64,000 nucleotides of DNA from Laetmonice hystrix (Eukaryota), in NCBI GenBank assembly GCA_965235115.1, contig OZ249441.1, forward strand, positions 7,564,001 to 7,628,000. Direction: 5' to 3'. The notes under the pieces were generated by a model. It did no database searches. It was not told the DNA's origin and worked only from the letters and a program-made list of their open reading frames with translations. Positions 60,013-64,000 of this stretch are shown piece after piece (the first letter of the stretch is position 1; each line of letters starts with the position of its first letter). The position numbers and the translations under genes were made by a program.

Positions 60013-61272
60013 TTTGTCCCACTACAGCATGGATACTGGGAAACGTTCACATACATGTCGACAGAAACCACGACAAAATGTCAGCAGGAATACGGTAACA
60101 GTTACTGAGCCGATGACTGCACAGAATGTCTCCCAGGGCAATAGGGCAACAGTTATGTGCCCCATACAACCTTGGTTGTGTACCCTATAATATATCATAT
60201 GGCCGTCGTCATGTACATCGAAACCTAGTGTAAACGGCGGTTTTTGGGGGTGTTTTTTTGCTTCTTGCTAATATTGCTCCACAATCATCTGCAAGATTGA
60301 TATATACATATAGAAATAATGATGATGAATAAAGTAGTCCGTCTTAACTGAAATTTCCTTCGTTTAAAATACTGCTTGGCCTGAGCGTTGAAATAGTAAC
60401 TTTCAGAAATAGACTGTTTCATCCTATGCGGAGCTGTTGCTGCGGCCGTGACTTTCTGGCAGCGACCTCTGACGGCAGTATTGATTCTCGGTTCCCCAGA
60501 ACACGGACATTAACAAACCAATATATGTGTGCTTTGGGACTTCAAATGTTCCCAGGTCCTCGCCTTGCTTTTTGTGATACCCAGGTCATGCATGGAAACT
60601 CCTAACACACAGAGAAAACAAACTGACCTCTGGGAATACGGACTTCTCCATGTGAAAACGTTTACAGGCACACTGACTACAGACAGCCAGTGGGGGAAAT
60701 CTGGGTGCCACCACAGGAAACAGCCGGTTATAACTTTTTCTTGTTCTCTGAAAGCAATCGTCATGTTTTAAGAGTTGGAAGACCCGTGAGGTGAGATCGT
60801 ACACCAAGGATCACGTAGTCAGGCCTGTAGGGCAGCTTGCCGTCGCCCACGCCGATAGCAACACGACCAATTGTTTTCATACTGAGCGTAAGAAACCACG
60901 ATACCAACATAAATATCCAAATGGTATCTGATGCCAAATGGCTCAACGGCCTCAAGTCATCATCTTTTTATGTTTCTCTCGTTTTCAGCAACAAATAATC
61001 AAGTTTATCTGTTTATGAATTATTATAATAGTGACTGTCCTCGTTTTGGATCATCTCTAAACATTCCTGAAACCTGAATTTTATCTCGGGTTGCATTGGG
61101 TCGGTATATTGACGTTACTCCAAGCGTAAACTTTAATTCGCAGCCCTAACAAACCGTTTATACTGAATGTGTTACTCGGTCCACCTGGTGGAAGATGGAG
61201 ATATCATGCCAAATCATGTCAGACCATCTCCTCAACAGGTCGGTCACCCACCCAGTCCGGAGAGCTTGCTGT

Positions 61273-61352
61273 CCAGTCCGGACAGCTTGCCGCCCAGTCC
61301 GGACAGCTTGCCGCCCAGTCCGGACAGCTTGCCGCCCAGAGCTTGCCGCCCA
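61273..61352. repeat. 21-bp tandem repeat, ~4 copies
   Basis: CAGTCCGGACAGCTTGCCGCC. Confidence 0.85.
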
Positions 61353-63109
61353 GTTAACTGACAACTCTTTCAGCAGGTACTCACACCTTAAGTTACTTCT
61401 TGCAGACAGTTCCCTAAAACATTACAAAATGATTCTCTGTGATGTTAAGGCTGTGTTTTGACACCTGGTTAAATTGGAGCTTTGTTCTAGGATTTGTTCT
61501 GAGAGACTGAACCAGCATTATCAGGGTCTCCCTGCGAGCTCAGTTCACACAGCTAATCCTTCAGATTGAGTACTCGAAATCTCCTAGATCTTAGGATTAT
61601 CTTCAGTTTGGATCAAATAATACGGATGTAATTGGACTTCAAAGCTGAAATGTTTGTTTGAAGGAAATAAGTCCTTCGGATCCTGACGTAAATAAAGTAT
61701 GCAGCCGAGGGGTGGGGTGGGTGAGTGGTGAGTGGTGAGTGGTGAGTGGTATTGGATTCGGTCCAATCTGAATGGATCCACATGTAGAAGATCCATTCCA
61801 TCTCCCACCTCTGATGTTTTATGGTCCTGTCGATGGAGGACTATATTTGAGAAAACATTTGACAAGTGATCTAAGGTCCTCAGAGGGCGTACATATCATG
61901 GGGGTGAGATTTGCTGTAACAGTGACTTCCGGCAAGTCTGGGACGCTAGGACACACAGACAGACACTTCCATGCCAAACCGATCGGAGCCATCTCAAATT
62001 ACACGCCGGGCGAGTCTGCGTGCTTCGGGTCGACTATAAATAACCGCAGACATTTTACCCCGACTCGGGATTGGATAAATATAAAAAAATACACCCACAT
62101 GGAGATTTTTTTCTCGACACCGCAAACCATACTTGTGGTTTCGCACCACAATACACACATATAAACCCAACTTCATTGTGTGGACGGAGCCTGCGGTAAA
62201 ACGGCCAGAACCGACTCTTTACAAAACACTCATATTCCAAACTTGTTTCAATAGGAACAATCCTGTCTACAGATCGCAGCATTTGTCCGACACTGACTAA
62301 CATTAAGAAGTCATTCAGTGACCAAACAGCAGGTTTGTCATGCCAAACGGAAGGTGTTGGGAGATGATTGTGACAGTCACGCTCAGTCCACAGTCGTCAC
62401 CACCTAGGATCTCCCCCCCTCACCCCCCCTCACCCCCCCCGCCCCTCACCCTCACCCCCGACCATGCAGATCACCACGTCTAGGGTCGCACAATCACTCC
62501 GCGCCGCCTGTTTGCTGTCAAAATTACTCCGCTTAAAACTTGGAAAATGGAAATTCCTTCACATGTCAGCAACCCCGACTGCTATATTGTTCTCCTGTGA
62601 TCACATTGAAATCACTCTGCAACCCACAAACCCAGCAAATTCCCATGGCACTTCGCTCAGAGAGCATGCCATCATAAAATAGTACGGTTACCAAACAAAA
62701 ACCTAAACATGTGCAATATGTCACTCTAATCCTTGTCAGATCCTCCCCACTGGAATCATATTGTCATCGCTCAGTTCACTAGGTATGTTTTATGGCAGAC
62801 TCTGTGAGATTCCAGATGTTTCAATCTGTCCCATCTGTCTCCCTCTGTCTAGGACAGATCCACGTTAAGATCCCCCAGAGAGACGGCCACGTGTCTGACC
62901 AGTCCCACGTACAGACGACAGGATCCAACATAAGGCATCCGGCCTCGATCAGTGCGGGGGTGGAGAGGGCTTCTTTTACAGAGGAGACATTATTTACCGT
63001 CTTATACTTGTTCACAACATCAAATTACGGTCCTCCCCACAGTCAACATCTCATACCAACGCCCGGCGCCCGGCCTGCACATGGCCGGCGACAGCCAGGG
63101 CCGGGAGGG

Positions 63110-63810
63110 GGTTTGGGAGGAGGGGCTGGGGTAGGGGAGGCAGGGGGCTGGGGTTGGGGGTAGGAGGCTGGTGTAGGGGGCAGGGGGCTGGTGTAAGGGG
63201 GGCTGGTGTAGGGGGTAGGAGGCTGGTGTAGGGGGCAGGGGGCTGGTGTAAGGGGGGCTGGTGTAGGGGGTAGGAGGCTGGTGTAGGGGGCAGGGGGCTG
63301 GTGTAAGGGGGGCTGATGTAGGGGCTAGGAGGCTGTTATAGGGGGCATGGAGATGGTGTTATAAGGGGGGGCTGGTGTCGGGGGAGGCTGGGGTTGGGAG
63401 GCTGGTGATTGGGGGCAAGTGGCTGGTGTAAGGAGAGGCTGGTGTAGGGGGGCAGGAGGCTGTTATAGGGGGCAGGGAGATGGTGTAAAGGGGGCTGGTG
63501 TAGGGGGGCTGGGGTTGAGAGGCTGGTGTAAGGGGGGCTGGGGTTGAGAGGCTGGTGTAGGGGGGCTGGTGTAGGGTGAGGCTGGGGTTGAGAGGCTGGT
63601 GTAGGGGGGCTGGTGTAGGGGGGGCTGGTGTAAGGGGGGCTGGTGTAGGGGGTAGGAGGCTGTTATAGGGGGCAGGGAGATGGTGTAAGGGGGCTGGTGT
63701 AGGGGGGGGCTAGGGTTGAGAGGCTGGTGTAGGGGGACAGGGGGCTGGGGTTGGGGGTACGAGGCTGTTATAGGGGGCAGGGGCTGGTGTAAGGGGGGGC
63801 TGGTGTAGGG
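63110..63810. repeat. G-rich degenerate repeat (GGGGGGCTGGTGTA)
   Basis: Visible 13-16-bp periodicity; strong G-quadruplex potential on the + strand. Confidence 0.9.
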
Positions 63811-64000
63811 TGTATAGGAGGTACGGTCAGGATCTAGTCTGGCAGGATGTTTTTGAAGTCGGTAACCGGCCCATCATCTGGTCCTGTGTTATCGTGTGGC
63901 TGTTATGAAGTCTGGCAGATCGTCTGGTGGCAGATGTTTCTATTATCGTCTGTTAGAGCAGCTGGTTACGCGAAGGAAACGGGTGAACAGCTGGTTACGG

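Noticed and set aside
58864-60071. Cys/Pro-rich ORFs of 365-382 aa in all three minus frames
   Set aside because: Products of a 48/49-bp array cycling through frames.
60761-60955. ORF with GVGDGKLPYRPDY vaguely like Reeler G.P..Y.PG
   Set aside because: Poor match, no donor site, and it lies upstream of the candidate CERPP exon.
61720-61747. (GGTGAGT)4, a tandem of the donor consensus
   Set aside because: A simple heptamer microsatellite on the strand opposite the gene, with no associated exon.

Overview
Eukaryotic (invertebrate animal) genomic DNA; I see no prokaryotic features. (1) 1-5174: a young Gmr1-like Ty3/Gypsy LTR retrotransposon on the minus strand. It has identical LTRs, a tRNA-Leu-type PBS, a PPT and one long gag-protease-integrase ORF, but an internal deletion removes reverse transcriptase and most of RNase H. 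(2) ~17.8-46.2 kb, possibly to 58.9 kb: a multi-exon F-spondin (spondin-1-like) gene on the minus strand. I reconstructed 13 GT-AG exons by hand with consistent phases (2172 nt, 724 codons including stop): Reeler (C-terminal part), Spondin_N, TSP1, TSP1, Kunitz, TSP1, TSP1. The 5' exons were only partly located. (3) More than 35 unrelated minisatellite arrays cover roughly 30% of the window by hand estimate; they explain nearly all long ORFs in the track other than the retroelement. The most unusual observation is that several arrays are tandem copies of F-spondin's own exon-intron junctions. They stack 7-15 intact splice sites plus partial exon sequence next to real exons; most of those I traced lead to premature stops and one gives an in-frame +41 aa insertion. 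CTCF-like motifs, two small MITE-like hairpins and a 142-N assembly gap are also present.
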